A DNA stretch of 64,000 nt from an uncultured Chloroflexota bacterium. Lineage in GTDB: Bacteria; Chloroflexota; Dehalococcoidia; CAUJGQ01. A program made the translations under genes and the position numbers. Position 1 is the stretch's first letter. Every line of letters begins with the position of its first letter. The DNA is taken from positions 1 through 64,000 of the forward strand of contig CALFMN010000231.1 of NCBI GenBank assembly GCA_937879875.1. Direction: 5' to 3'. Of this stretch, positions 1-9,579 are shown piece after piece. The notes under the pieces were generated by a model, which was not told the origin of the DNA, did no database searches, and saw nothing but the letters and a program-made list of their open reading frames with translations.

Positions 1-57
1 TCTGTCGTGAGCGTGACTCCCGCACCGTAGGCGATAATGGTCACTGTAGTACTAGAA

Positions 58-90
58 CGTGCTCCCCTATACCCTGTTCCCTATTCCCGA
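58..90. repeat. heptad-periodic repeat (CCCTATA/CCCTGTT/CCCTATT); G3N4 tracts on minus strand overlapping argG stop
   Basis: Direct reading: ccctataccctgttccctattccc; reverse complement gives GGGAATAGGGAACAGGGTATAGGGG. Confidence 0.6.
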
Positions 91-1382
91 CCGACGTGCC
101 GCGCCCGCTCGGCGGCCCACATGTGCAGCGCCTGCACGTCGATAAAGCCACGCGCCTTGCGCGGGTCGAAGCCAGAGCCGGTCATGTCGTTGAAGGAGAC
201 GAGGCCAGGATCGTAGAGCGAGGCCGCGCTCCAGCGCGCCACCGGCAGCACCGCGCCCTTGTACAGGCGTACCAGCGACCAGCCGTTCACCCGCTGCTGG
301 TCTTCCGCCAGCGCGGCGAGGTAGCGGCGCAGCTCCTGCGAGAACCAGCCGCCGTTGTAGATCAGCCGCGCCAGCCGCGGCGCCTGCGCGTACTTCTCGT
401 CCAGCACGGGGCCGTCCTGCACGATCCCTTCGAGGTCGGCGTGCGCGGCTTCGAGCAACGTGTGCCCCGGCGCCTCGTAGACGCCGCGCGACTTCAACCC
501 GACATAACGGTGCTCCACCATGTCGAGCAGGCCGACGCCGTGACGTCCGGCCAGCGTGTCCGCCGCCGTGAAGACGCGCACCAGGTCGCCTTCCACCGCG
601 GCCTGCAGGGCGTTGCCGCGTTCGTCCAGCACTTCGAGCCGCACGGGCACGCCGCGCTCGAACCGGACTTTTGCGAACTCCGGCGCGTCCGGCGCGCGGC
701 GCGGGTCGGTCAGCCGCGTGTAGATGACCTTGTCGACGTGCGACTCTTCGGGCTGTTCAAGCGCCATGCCCTCGGAGGAGATGTGCAGCAGGTTCTCGTC
801 CTGGCTATAGGGGTCGGGCTTGTCGGAGCCGCCGGAGGGTACAGGCACGTTCATCGCTTCGAGATAGGCGCGCATCACCTGCCGGCCGCCGTTGCCGAAA
901 CGGGCGAGAAAGGTGTCGTCCTTCCACGGCGCGAAGACTTCGAGGTTGTCGATGTGGTATTGCGGGTCGGCGTTGAGCACCAGCCAGGTCGTCTCGAAGC
1001 GTACCTGGTCGTTGCCCTTGCCCGTTGAACCGTGTGTGAGCACCGTCGCGCCGTACTGCTTCGCCAGGCGCATGGCGGCGCGGGCGGTGGGATAGCGGGC
1101 GAGCGAGGTGCCGAGCAGGTAGCGCCCTTCGAGCTTGGCGTGCGCTTGCATCGCCGGCAGAAAGAACTCTTCGAGCAACTCCTTGCGCAGATCGATCGCC
1201 TCGTGCGCGGCAGCGCCGATGTCGCGCGATTTTTCCGCGGCGACGGCGAGGCTGTCCGACTCGCGCTGGCCGAGGTTGGCGGTGAAAGTGATGACCTCCC
1301 AGCCCTGCTCTTTGACCATCCAGGTGAGAATCGCGCTCGTATCGAGCCCGCCGCTGAACGCCAGCACCGCGCGTTTGGGCAT
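81..1382 (-). CDS. argG: argininosuccinate synthase
   Basis: AFSGGLDTS N-type ATP pyrophosphatase motif, about 430 aa; GGGAGGA RBS 5 nt upstream of ATG at 1382 (the longer ORF to 1406 lacks an RBS). Confidence 0.9.
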   Translation of the reverse strand: MPKRAVLAFSGGLDTSAILTWMVKEQGWEVITFTANLGQRESDSLAVAAEKSRDIGAAAHEAIDLRKELLEEFFLPAMQAHAKLEGRYLLGTSLARYPTARAAMRLAKQYGATVLTHGSTGKGNDQVRFETTWLVLNADPQYHIDNLEVFAPWKDDTFLARFGNGGRQVMRAYLEAMNVPVPSGGSDKPDPYSQDENLLHISSEGMALEQPEESHVDKVIYTRLTDPRRAPDAPEFAKVRFERGVPVRLEVLDERGNALQAAVEGDLVRVFTAADTLAGRHGVGLLDMVEHRYVGLKSRGVYEAPGHTLLEAAHADLEGIVQDGPVLDEKYAQAPRLARLIYNGGWFSQELRRYLAALAEDQQRVNGWSLVRLYKGAVLPVARWSAASLYDPGLVSFNDMTGSGFDPRKARGFIDVQALHMWAAERARHVGRE

Positions 1383-1446
1383 CTTCGTCCTCCCCATCTC
1401 CGTCAATGTTCCGTCCGGCGCGGCTCAGACGGAAGAGGGGAGGCGA

Positions 1447-1668
1447 GCCCTCACCCCCTCCCCTCTCCCAATCCTGGGCGAGGGGCGAGCCGGCGTGAAG
1501 CGGCCCGAGAGGTCGTCGGGTTACCCGATGCGCCGCCGTAGGCGTTCCGGAACGGCATCTGCCATCACCTGGGAGCGCAACGCCTTCTGGAACGCCCTCC
1601 CAAGGATCGCCCCTCTCCCTCTCCCAGGATTGGGAGAGGGAGAGGGGACGGGGGTGAGGGTGAGGGCC
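1447..1668. mobile_element. MITE-like element family A, copy 1 (left and right ~50 bp TIRs, each with CCCCTCTCCCA-ATCC-TGGGAGAGGGG hairpin)
   Basis: Left end GAGCCCTCACCCCCTCCCCTCTCCCAATCCTGGGCGAGGGGCGAGCC and its inverted partner at 1604-1668; internal ~110 nt. Confidence 0.6.
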
Positions 1669-1672
1669 GCGC

Positions 1673-2890
1673 CTACGACGGCTGCTGGTCGGCGAACAGG
1701 TGCAGGTCGAGATGCACGTGCGAATCGACCGACTGCACCACGGGCACGCTGGGCGGCTGCATGCCGAAGTCCTGCATCTGGAAGTCGGTGCTGACGACGG
1801 CTTCGAGCTTGCCGCCGGCCTCCTGCGCCTGGCCCGTCCAGGTGAGCGTCCTGTCCACGCCGTGGATGTTCATCGTGCCCGTGATCGAGACGTTGACCTG
1901 ATCGCCCTCCTTATAGGAGGTCGGGAAGCCGTCGATGCTCGCGATCGTGAACGTCGCATTGGGGAACTGCGCGACTTGCAGGACGTTCTGCTTGATGAAG
2001 CGATCGCGCGGCGCCGCGTCGCTGGTGAGTGTGCTCAGATCCACGATCAACACCGAGGGCGGGTTCGGCGCCAGCCCCTTGCCGGGCTGCAGGTAGAAGT
2101 TGCCTGTTACCGCGTTGGTCTTGCCGATCGCGTCGCTCGGAGCCGGCAGCCGCGTCAGCTTCTCGTGCACGGTGTACGCGGCCTGCGACTGCGGGTTGAC
2201 GGCAAAGTGCAGCGGGCCGGCCGCTGCCGCGGGCGAGGCGGGGGCGGGCGTTGCCGGCGCGGCGGCGCTGCCGCTTGCCGGATTCTGACCGGATGCGGGC
2301 GCGGCGCCCTGCGCCGGAGCTGCCTGCGTGGCCGCGGGCGGCACGGCCAGCTTCGTCAGCGCGAAATGCACCTTCGGCTCGCGGTCGGCCACGGTGACGG
2401 CGACGCCGACGGCGATCGCGGCGGCGACTGCCACGGGCGCGGCCAGTCGCCACGGCGCCCGCAGTCCGACGATCGCCAGGAAGAGCGCGGCGCCGCCCAG
2501 CGCCACGATCAGCGTGAGTGGAATGGCGAGCGACGGCAGCCGGTTGGCGAGGTCGCGCTCCGGCCCGGCGAAGATCACGCTGCCGAGGACCGCGACCACA
2601 AGCGCCGCGCTCAGCAGCCAGATCGCCGCCCGGCCGCCGCGCCGCGCCAGCGCTCCGTAGAGCAGCCCGCCCAGCAGCCAGAGCACCAGCGCCCCGCCCG
2701 CGATCGTGTAGCCGTTGATCACCGCGCGGTCGGTGACGCCGGCCCAGCGCCGCAACGGCACGCAGATCAGCGTGCCGACGATACCGATCGCGCCGCCCGC
2801 GACGAGGCCCGCGCCGAGCGCCCGCGTGAGGGCATTTTCACGCGGCGTTTGCCACGCGGAAACACGCGTTCGTTCCATCGTTCCCGCCAT
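1673..2890 (-). CDS. membrane-anchored YceI-like (polyisoprenoid-binding) domain protein
   Basis: N-terminal TM helices, Ala/Pro-rich linker, C-terminal YceI-like domain (FPNATFTIASIDG...VSITGTMNIHGV). Confidence 0.7.
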   Translation of the reverse strand: MAGTMERTRVSAWQTPRENALTRALGAGLVAGGAIGIVGTLICVPLRRWAGVTDRAVINGYTIAGGALVLWLLGGLLYGALARRGGRAAIWLLSAALVVAVLGSVIFAGPERDLANRLPSLAIPLTLIVALGGAALFLAIVGLRAPWRLAAPVAVAAAIAVGVAVTVADREPKVHFALTKLAVPPAATQAAPAQGAAPASGQNPASGSAAAPATPAPASPAAAAGPLHFAVNPQSQAAYTVHEKLTRLPAPSDAIGKTNAVTGNFYLQPGKGLAPNPPSVLIVDLSTLTSDAAPRDRFIKQNVLQVAQFPNATFTIASIDGFPTSYKEGDQVNVSITGTMNIHGVDRTLTWTGQAQEAGGKLEAVVSTDFQMQDFGMQPPSVPVVQSVDSHVHLDLHLFADQQPS

Positions 2891-3204
2891 ACCGCCGAAC
2901 CTCCCGACCGTTCCCGAACCGTATCACGCCGCTGGCCGTAGCTGGTTAAAGCCTTGTTACCAAAAGTAAGCGTCACGAATGCGGCGTTGCGTCTCTGTGG
3001 AGATAACGGTGTGCGCGGCTTCTGGGATGCATCCGCCTGTGCATGCGCCCGACCGGCCGACGTAGTTTCTCGGCAGGTGGCACCAGGTCGGCAGCCTCAC
3101 GCCACTGCGCCGGCGGCAATGCGCGCCCGTCGCATGTCGCGCGGCTGCCGTGTTTCAGCGGGTTGGAGGCTAAGCCGGGCCGCGTCGGCGAGCGACGGAC
3201 GGCG

Positions 3205-3663
3205 TCAGCGGCCAGAAGAAGGCGCTGCCGCCGGCGCCGCGGCCAGCCGCTGCATCGCTATCGGCGCGTAGGTACGCACTTCGATCTCGTTCTCGTCCGG
3301 GTCGCGGAAGTAGACGCTGACGCCGTTGCCGTGCGCCCCCCAGCGCCGGGCCGGGCCGGTATAGACGTCGATGCCCTGTCCGCGCAGATGCTCGGCAACG
3401 GGCTCCAGTGTCTCATCCGCGATCACCAGGCAGAAGTGGTTGAGGTTGGTGACACGGCTCTCGCGTTCGACGGAATTTTGCAGTTGCACCAGGTCGATCA
3501 GGGTGTCGGCGCTCAGGCGCACGGAAGGGAAGCCGATCGTGCCGGCGCGCCACTCCTCCAGCCGCTCGATGCCCAGGCCGAGCACGTCGCGGTAGAAGGC
3601 GATGCTGCGCTCGACATCGGCCACGTTGAGTACGATGTGGTCCATTCCCAGTACGGTGAGCAT
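3205..3663 (-). CDS. VOC/glyoxalase family protein
   Basis: HIVLNVADVERSIAFYRDVLG glyoxalase-fold N-terminus; 152 aa. Confidence 0.75.
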   Translation of the reverse strand: MLTVLGMDHIVLNVADVERSIAFYRDVLGLGIERLEEWRAGTIGFPSVRLSADTLIDLVQLQNSVERESRVTNLNHFCLVIADETLEPVAEHLRGQGIDVYTGPARRWGAHGNGVSVYFRDPDENEIEVRTYAPIAMQRLAAAPAAAPSSGR

Positions 3664-3953
3664 AGTCTTCCTCCAGGTCGTTCAGCCGCGCTTGCCGTGC
3701 AGTATAGAACCATAACATCGCTATGCGTTGCACAGCGCCTGATCAGCGACACCAGATCGAGCCGCGTTCTTGTAACAAATTCTTCGCAAGGTCGTATACA
3801 CTGGCTGCATCGAGGCCGCAGCGCATTACAGGTATGCTGTTCAGGCGGCTTTAGACCTGGTTTCAAGACCGGCGGTTAGAATTTATCGAGTGCTCAGGAA
3901 TGGGGCAACGGGCCGGTTTTGAAACCGTCTGTTATTGAGGAACATCTGCGTAT

Positions 3954-4145
3954 ATGGACAGCTTCTACTGTGTTGGCTGCCGGGCGCTGCTTCCGCAGTC
4001 GCGGCTTGGCCGCCTCATCGACGCGGCTCATCTGAACGGCGCGCCGGCCGGCTTCTGTCGTAGCTGTCTGCCGAAGCAGCTGCCCGAGTTGGCCGGCGAA
4101 GGCGATGGCGATGATGACGAACGCGACGGCGCGTTGAGCGCGTGA
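3954..4145 (+). CDS. small Cys4 zinc-ribbon protein (hypothetical)
   Basis: 63 aa with CVGC...CRSC; high GC3; sits in 565-bp AT-richer intergenic region; RBS spacing is marginal. Confidence 0.25.
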   Translation: MDSFYCVGCRALLPQSRLGRLIDAAHLNGAPAGFCRSCLPKQLPELAGEGDGDDDERDGALSA

Positions 4146-4229
4146 ACGAGAGCGGGTAGACGCCCGCCGGCCCGGCTGCGATGCTACCCCGCGGCAGGGT
4201 GTGGCCGCCGCCGCGGCGGGAGGGCAGGC

Positions 4230-4892
4230 GTGGACTTCGTCTTCGTGCGACACGGCATTACCGAGAACCTGGAAGGCGGGCGCATCCAGGGCTGGTCGCC
4301 GGCGCCGCTGTCCGCGCGCGGCCGCCAGCAGGCCGAGGCCGCGGCGAAGCGCCTCACGGCCGAGGGCAGCGCCGAGGCGCTCTACAGCAGCCCGGTGGCT
4401 CGCACGCTGGAGACGGCCAGCATCATCGGCGCCGAGCTGGAGCTGCCGGTGCAGCTGCTGCCCGGGCTGGCCGAGCGTCGCATGCCCAGCCGTTTCTGGG
4501 GTCTGCGCCGCGATGAGATTACCGACTATCTGGATGAGTTCGCCAAACACACGCGCGAGCCGGACTGGGCGTACGAAGACGAGGATTCGCTGCGCACGAT
4601 CATCGAACGGGCGCGCACGGTCGTGGACTTCCTGCACGAGCAGGCCGCGACACCCGGCCGCGCGGTGCTGGTGACGCACGGCACGATCCTGCGCTTCATC
4701 GTCGCCACGCTGCTGCTGGGCGAGGCCGCGCCGCCGGCGGCCTACGCCGACCTGCACGATTCGCTGCTCGGCCCGCAGCCCTGCGCTTTCGCCGAGGTCA
4801 CGCTCGGCCCGAAGCGCATGGCGATGCGCGGCTGGAACGACACCAACCACCTTGCCGGCCTGCTGGACTTCGACGGCGGGCCTGGGGCGTGA
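4230..4892 (+). CDS. histidine phosphatase family (phosphoglycerate mutase-like) protein
   Basis: FVRHG...RGRQQAEAAAKRL N-terminal RHG motif; 220 aa. Confidence 0.75.
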   Translation: MDFVFVRHGITENLEGGRIQGWSPAPLSARGRQQAEAAAKRLTAEGSAEALYSSPVARTLETASIIGAELELPVQLLPGLAERRMPSRFWGLRRDEITDYLDEFAKHTREPDWAYEDEDSLRTIIERARTVVDFLHEQAATPGRAVLVTHGTILRFIVATLLLGEAAPPAAYADLHDSLLGPQPCAFAEVTLGPKRMAMRGWNDTNHLAGLLDFDGGPGA

Positions 4893-4896
4893 AAGG

Positions 4897-4931
4897 GGTG
4901 AATGGGGAATGGTGAGTAGTGAGTGGTGAAC
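4897..4931. repeat. heptad-periodic repeat (GGTGAAT/GGGGAAT/GGTGAGT/AGTGAGT/GGTGAAC)
   Basis: Direct reading immediately after stop of histidine phosphatase gene. Confidence 0.55.
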
Positions 4932-5029
4932 GGGAGCCGGCCGCGGGCTCCGGGTTCCGACTCCGGTACGGCGCGCTGCGGGTCGCGGCTGCGCCGCGAG
5001 GGGCGCATGCCATGCGCCCCTACACTCAT

Positions 5030-5084
5030 TCCTCCGCCCTCTATTCCCTGTTCCCTAACCTCTATTCCCTCCGGCTCCCTCCGG
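5030..5084. repeat. heptad-periodic C3N4 repeat (CCTCTAT/TCCCTGT/TCCCTAA...); G3N4 on minus (mRNA) strand spanning stop of enoyl-CoA hydratase
   Basis: cctccgccctctattccctgttccctaacctctattccctccggctccctccgg; stop codon rc at 5062-5064 lies inside it. Confidence 0.6.
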
Positions 5085-5946
5085 CGCGGTAGTCGCCGTA
5101 TGGGCCGTCGCGCCAGGCGAGCGCCTCTTTGAGGCCGCCGCCGCTCTTCATTGAGTCGGCCACCTTCTCCTGCCAGAGATAGCCCTGGCCCGTGAACTGG
5201 TACATCGCGTCGGTATCGGTGGCCGTATGCACGGCGTTGGCGATGCCCATCGCCTCATAGAAGCAGTTGATCGAGCGCTTGATCACCGCCAGCGAGTCGC
5301 CGGTCTGAATGCCGATGCGCTCGGCCCAGCGCAGCGTCGTCGCCTCCAGCTCGTCCGCCGGCACAGCGGCGTTGATCAGGCCGATGCGCGCCGCCTCGCG
5401 CGCGTCGATCGAGTCGCCCGTATACATCAGCTCGTAGGTCTTGCGCATGCCGATCACCAGCGGCAGGATCGCGCAGGTGCGCGAAGTGCCGAGGCCGCGA
5501 ACGCCAGGATGGCCGAAGCGCGCGTCCTCGGCGGCGATCACGATGTCGTGCATCATCGCGAACTCGAGGCCACCCGCGATCGCGTAGCCGTGCACCTGCG
5601 CGATCGTCGGTTTGGCGATGTTGAACAGGTAGAGCTGAAAATCGGAGACGCGCACCATGTTGGTGCGGATCGTGCTCACTGAGCGGCGCTGGTTGTTTTG
5701 CATCGCCGGATACTGGCGGCGCGGGCCGGGTGTCAGGTCGTAGCCGGCGGAGAAGGTGCGGCCGGCGCCGCGCACGACGATCACGCTGACGCCGGGATCG
5801 TCCTCGGCCTCCTCCAGCGCACGGCGGAACTCCTGCAGCAGCTCGAAGCTGAGCGAGTTCATCTTCTCCGGCCGGTTGAGCGTAATCCGCGCGACGCGTT
5901 CGTTCGCGCCGATCTTCTCGTAGGTCAGGTTCTCAAACTCGGGCAT
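5062..5946 (-). CDS. enoyl-CoA hydratase/isomerase (crotonase family)
   Basis: ITLNRPEKMNSLS...SAGYDL crotonase signature; ATG with GGAGG RBS. Confidence 0.85.
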   Translation of the reverse strand: MPEFENLTYEKIGANERVARITLNRPEKMNSLSFELLQEFRRALEEAEDDPGVSVIVVRGAGRTFSAGYDLTPGPRRQYPAMQNNQRRSVSTIRTNMVRVSDFQLYLFNIAKPTIAQVHGYAIAGGLEFAMMHDIVIAAEDARFGHPGVRGLGTSRTCAILPLVIGMRKTYELMYTGDSIDAREAARIGLINAAVPADELEATTLRWAERIGIQTGDSLAVIKRSINCFYEAMGIANAVHTATDTDAMYQFTGQGYLWQEKVADSMKSGGGLKEALAWRDGPYGDYRAGGSRRE

Positions 5947-6021
5947 GGTTGAGCCTCCGGCGCGGGCAGTGGGCAGCAGGCAGTCGGGAGACCGCCCGCG
6001 CCATCGTGCCCGACCCGCGAA

Positions 6022-6708
6022 TTACGGCGAATCGCCGTTCACAGGCGTTGTAGCAGATTCGCGCCGCGACCGCAGCCATCCGCCGACCTCGATGAACGCC
6101 GCGCGGCGCTCGGCGGTAAGCCGGGCGACGCGGCCGCTCGTCGAGGGGACCACGAACACGACGATGCTATCCCAGTCTTCCGGCTGTCGACCCCAGCAGG
6201 CGCGCGGACGTCCCGCGAAGGCGCGAAAAGCCGTGTCGCCCACGAAACAGACGGCGGCCGGCCGAAACAGCCGCAGCCGCGCGGCCAGCGCCGCGCCGCC
6301 CGCGCGCCATTCGGCCGCGGTCACATCGCCCGTGCCGGCGGAAGGTCGCGCGACCACGTCCGTCAGCCCGACGCCGAGGTCGAGCAGGGCCGCATCTTCA
6401 TCCGGACGAAACAGGCGCGGCGTGATGCCTGCTTCGGCTAAAAGCGGCCAGAAGGCGTTGCCCGGCCGCGCGAAGTAGTGCCCGACGGCGGCCGAGAACA
6501 GCCCCGGATTGCAGCCGCAGAGCACGAGGTCGAGGCCGGGCCGCAGGTACGAGGGGAGAGGGTGAAGAGTGAGTGGTGAATGGTGAGTGGGGATAGCCGT
6601 CTGGCGACCACTCGCTGCACAAACGCCGCCAGCGCGATCGCCGCCGTATGGGTTTGCATGGGGCGCCGACGTACGGAATGCCTTCAAAGCACGATCACTC
6701 TTCACCAC
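6022..6708 (-). CDS. mug: G/U mismatch-specific DNA glycosylase (Mug/UDG family 2); start uncertain
   Basis: PGLDLVLCGCNPGLFSAAVGHYFARPGNAFW matches Mug LAPGLRVVFCGINPGLSSA; about 42 aa N-terminal extension read through a heptamer repeat; GTG at 6708 or a later non-canonical start. Confidence 0.65.
   Translation of the reverse strand: MVKSDRALKAFRTSAPHANPYGGDRAGGVCAASGRQTAIPTHHSPLTLHPLPSYLRPGLDLVLCGCNPGLFSAAVGHYFARPGNAFWPLLAEAGITPRLFRPDEDAALLDLGVGLTDVVARPSAGTGDVTAAEWRAGGAALAARLRLFRPAAVCFVGDTAFRAFAGRPRACWGRQPEDWDSIVVFVVPSTSGRVARLTAERRAAFIEVGGWLRSRRESATTPVNGDSP
6555..6592. repeat. heptad-periodic repeat (GGTGAAG/AGTGAGT/GGTGAAT/GGTGAGT) inside/upstream of mug 5' end
   Basis: Direct reading; encodes THHSPLTLHP if translated. 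Confidence 0.55.
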
Positions 6709-6721
6709 TCACCACTCACCA
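6697..6721. repeat. heptad-periodic repeat (TTCACCA/CTCACCA/CTCACCA), inverse orientation of 6555-6592 copy
   Basis: Between the hydratase stop (6722) and the mug GTG start. Confidence 0.55.
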
Positions 6722-7600
6722 CTACGCCCGCGGCTTGCTCTCCGCCGTGCGATAGTCGCGGAACGGGCCGTCGCGCCAGTCGAGCGCGGCCTTGAGGCCC
6801 TTCTCGCGCAGGATCGTGCCGAACATCTTGCCGCTGGGCCGATACGTGCTCAGCGCCTGGATGTCGGCGCCGGCGGCCAGCGCCGTGCGGATGCCCATCA
6901 CCTCGTAGGCGCGGTTGCAGCCGCGCTTCGACATTTGCAGCATGTCGCTTTCGATGTTGGCGATGCGCGCGGCGAAGCGCTCGGTCTCTTCCGCGAGCTG
7001 ATCCGCCGGATAGGCGCGGTTCGCCCAGCCGATGCGCACCGCCTCTTCGCCGCTGATCGAGTCGCCGGTGTAGAGCAGCTCGCGCGCCTTGCGCATCGGC
7101 ATGTGCCAGGGGTGGTAGACCATGTCCACCGTGGTCATCGCGCGCACCGGCGGATAGCCGAGAATCGCGTCTTCGGCGACGAACATCAGGTCGCAGAAGG
7201 TCGCCAGCTCGGTGCCGCCGGCGAGGCAGTAGCCATGCACCTGGGCGATCACAGGCTTGGCCAGCTCCCAGATCTGCCAGTAGCCGGAGAGCAGGTGCTG
7301 CGGCCACTGGCCCTGGCCCGGATGAATCGGACCGACGGCGGGCAGGCCGGAGCGGGTGTCTTGATACTGGCTCACGTCGTCGGTCTGGTTCGCGCCGCCG
7401 AGGTCGTAGCCGGCGGAGAAGGCACGCCCGGAGCCGCGGATGATGGCAACGCGCACGTCGGCGTCGGCTTCTGCGCTCTTCAGCGCGTCGAAGACCTCGG
7501 AGCGCAGCCGGTGTGAGAGCGCGTTCATCTTCTCCGGCCGGTTGAGGGTAATGATCGCCAGCCGGTCCTTCGTTTCGTAGAGGATGTCGCTGTAGCCCAT
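6722..7600 (-). CDS. enoyl-CoA hydratase/isomerase (crotonase family), paralog
   Basis: ITLNRPEKMNALS...SAGYDL; start MGYSDIL at 7600 with AAGGAGG RBS; the track ORF extends further upstream without support. Confidence 0.85.
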   Translation of the reverse strand: MGYSDILYETKDRLAIITLNRPEKMNALSHRLRSEVFDALKSAEADADVRVAIIRGSGRAFSAGYDLGGANQTDDVSQYQDTRSGLPAVGPIHPGQGQWPQHLLSGYWQIWELAKPVIAQVHGYCLAGGTELATFCDLMFVAEDAILGYPPVRAMTTVDMVYHPWHMPMRKARELLYTGDSISGEEAVRIGWANRAYPADQLAEETERFAARIANIESDMLQMSKRGCNRAYEVMGIRTALAAGADIQALSTYRPSGKMFGTILREKGLKAALDWRDGPFRDYRTAESKPRA

Positions 7601-7926
7601 CGCTGCCTCCTTGCTGCCGGATGGGAAGGCACCTTGCCGGCACTGCCGCCCGCCGGCTTGCCGCGCCGGCGGAGCACGTTGCTCGGCCAGCTCTCCGAAG
7701 ACCGGCGCCGTGATGACTGGCTGCCGGCCATGCCCAGTATAGGCACGAAGCGACACTGAGCGCAGACCACCGCATGCCGCGGTTCGGGAATGGCTCTGCG
7801 ATCAGTTGTTCATATCTGCAGATCCGCGCTTGACACGCGTACGTAGAATACCTGCACACGCGGCGCCCGCGCGGCCAGAGGGAAACCGTTGCGGCGGCGG
7901 CGCGCCATGAGCGGGAGGCGGCCGGC

Positions 7927-8154
7927 ATGCTGGTGCGCGACGTGCGCTGCATGGCCTGCGCCCGTCTGCTCGGGCGCTGGGTGATCCTCGACGACCGCCG
8001 GCAGGGGATGCTGCCGCCGACGAAGGGCGAGGCGATCATGGCCTGCCGCGTGGGTAACGCGCTGCGCTGCAAACACTGCCGAGGCCGCGCCTATTTAGAA
8101 GAAGCTGAGCGTGGTGATGCCGTTCTGCAATCGCTGATGGAGAGCGGGCAGTAG
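7927..8154 (+). CDS. small Com-like Cys4 zinc-ribbon protein (hypothetical)
   Basis: VRCMACARLL...RCKHCRG resembles the Mu Com RC-x2-C-x-K/R-LL pattern; GGGAGG RBS 9 nt upstream. Confidence 0.3.
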   Translation: MLVRDVRCMACARLLGRWVILDDRRQGMLPPTKGEAIMACRVGNALRCKHCRGRAYLEEAERGDAVLQSLMESGQ

Positions 8155-8198
8155 CGGCGGAGACATGGCCTCCGGACGGCCGGTCTTGCAGCCTTCTC

Positions 8199-8861
8199 TC
8201 ATGGCACGAAGTGCAGCAGTTTCGCCTCTGCCTGCTGGACGAATGCCCGCGTCAGCGCGGTGTCCGGTCCCGGCGGCGCCGCGATCTGCGCCACCAGCGC
8301 GACCGTGTCTCCGTGGCGGAAGAACACGAGGTCAGCCGCGAGGGGCTGGCGTGCGTTGCCAGCAGTCAACCGTTCGGCCAGCGAGTCGTCGGCCAGACGC
8401 GGGAAGACCAGCGGCGCCGGCGTCCAGTCGATTGAGCCGCCGGCCGGAACCGGCGTGCTCAAGCGGCGGCAACCGCGCAGCACCGTACCCAGCCGCGAGA
8501 ACGCCGGGCTTCCGCCGTCCGCTGCCCGGGTAATGCGCTCGATGCCCCACGGCCCGCTGTCGCCTTTGCTGAACGCGGCCTCCGCCGCCGCGCCGCTTTC
8601 GCGCAGCAGCGACTGTCCGTCGCAGCGCAGATCGCCCAGACTGATGGGAGCGGCCGACACCGGCATCCAGCCGCCGGACAACTGCCCGGCGGCAATGAGC
8701 GCCGCGACGGCCGGAGTTCCAGCCGCAATCGGCGTGCCGGCTGACCCTGTTGCTCTCCCGGAAGCCGCATTGCGTTTGGCTCCGCCACAGGCTACGGATA
8801 CGGCTGCCACGATCGCGAGGGCCGCAACTGTGTTCCACCGCTGCACCCGGCGTCTCCTCAT
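8199..8861 (-). CDS. secreted/lipoprotein-like hypothetical protein
   Basis: MRRRRVQRWNTVAALAIVAAVSVACGG signal/lipobox-like N-terminus; normal composition. Confidence 0.5.
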   Translation of the reverse strand: MRRRRVQRWNTVAALAIVAAVSVACGGAKRNAASGRATGSAGTPIAAGTPAVAALIAAGQLSGGWMPVSAAPISLGDLRCDGQSLLRESGAAAEAAFSKGDSGPWGIERITRAADGGSPAFSRLGTVLRGCRRLSTPVPAGGSIDWTPAPLVFPRLADDSLAERLTAGNARQPLAADLVFFRHGDTVALVAQIAAPPGPDTALTRAFVQQAEAKLLHFVP

Positions 8862-9579
8862 TCCCCGGACCACGCCGCTGCGATGCGGGCGTACTCGAAG
8901 GGTACGGGCAGTTGGTATGAAGACAACAGCGGTGGCGGGCGATCGCGCCGACGCGCTGAGACGCCTCTCAGCGGGCGCGAATCCGCCCAATGGCTCGTGA
9001 ATACCACTAGAGCCGCTGCACCGGCCTGAAATGCGAATAGAGCGTGTCGCGGGGATCGGTGCGGGTACCGGCACGCGGCCAGCGTTGTATCGGCGCCAGG
9101 CGGGCGTACACCCGGCGCCGCGACGCATGACTTGCACGCGAATGGGCCAGCGGTGAGGCAATCGCGTGATGATAACGATTCGGTAACGGCCCCTGCGCCG
9201 CGCGACCGCCATGGGCGATGCTCATACTGCCGGCTGAGCGCAGGCATTCGCCCCGCCGGTGAGCATGAGTCTTGCCACCAGCGGCTGCTCGACTCGCGGC
9301 GCCGTACCGCAGGCTGGCCGCCCTTCCTCCCGCGAACGTCATAGGACGCCGCTCCCCGCGCATCTATGACTGGTGGGAGACGACACGCTGCCGGCGCCCC
9401 CTCGTACGGCGGCTCCCGCCCCTGCCCGGCGCTTCGGCGTCTGGCGGGGGCGGCGCCGTTCTCCGGCGCACCGAGAGGCCGGCAGACGTGCGCTCTCTGC
9501 CCTCGCTGCGAGACCTTACGCGCAGCCAGGCATGGCACGAACGGCTTCCGCGCGGTTCAATGGAAGCGGGAGCAGCGGC

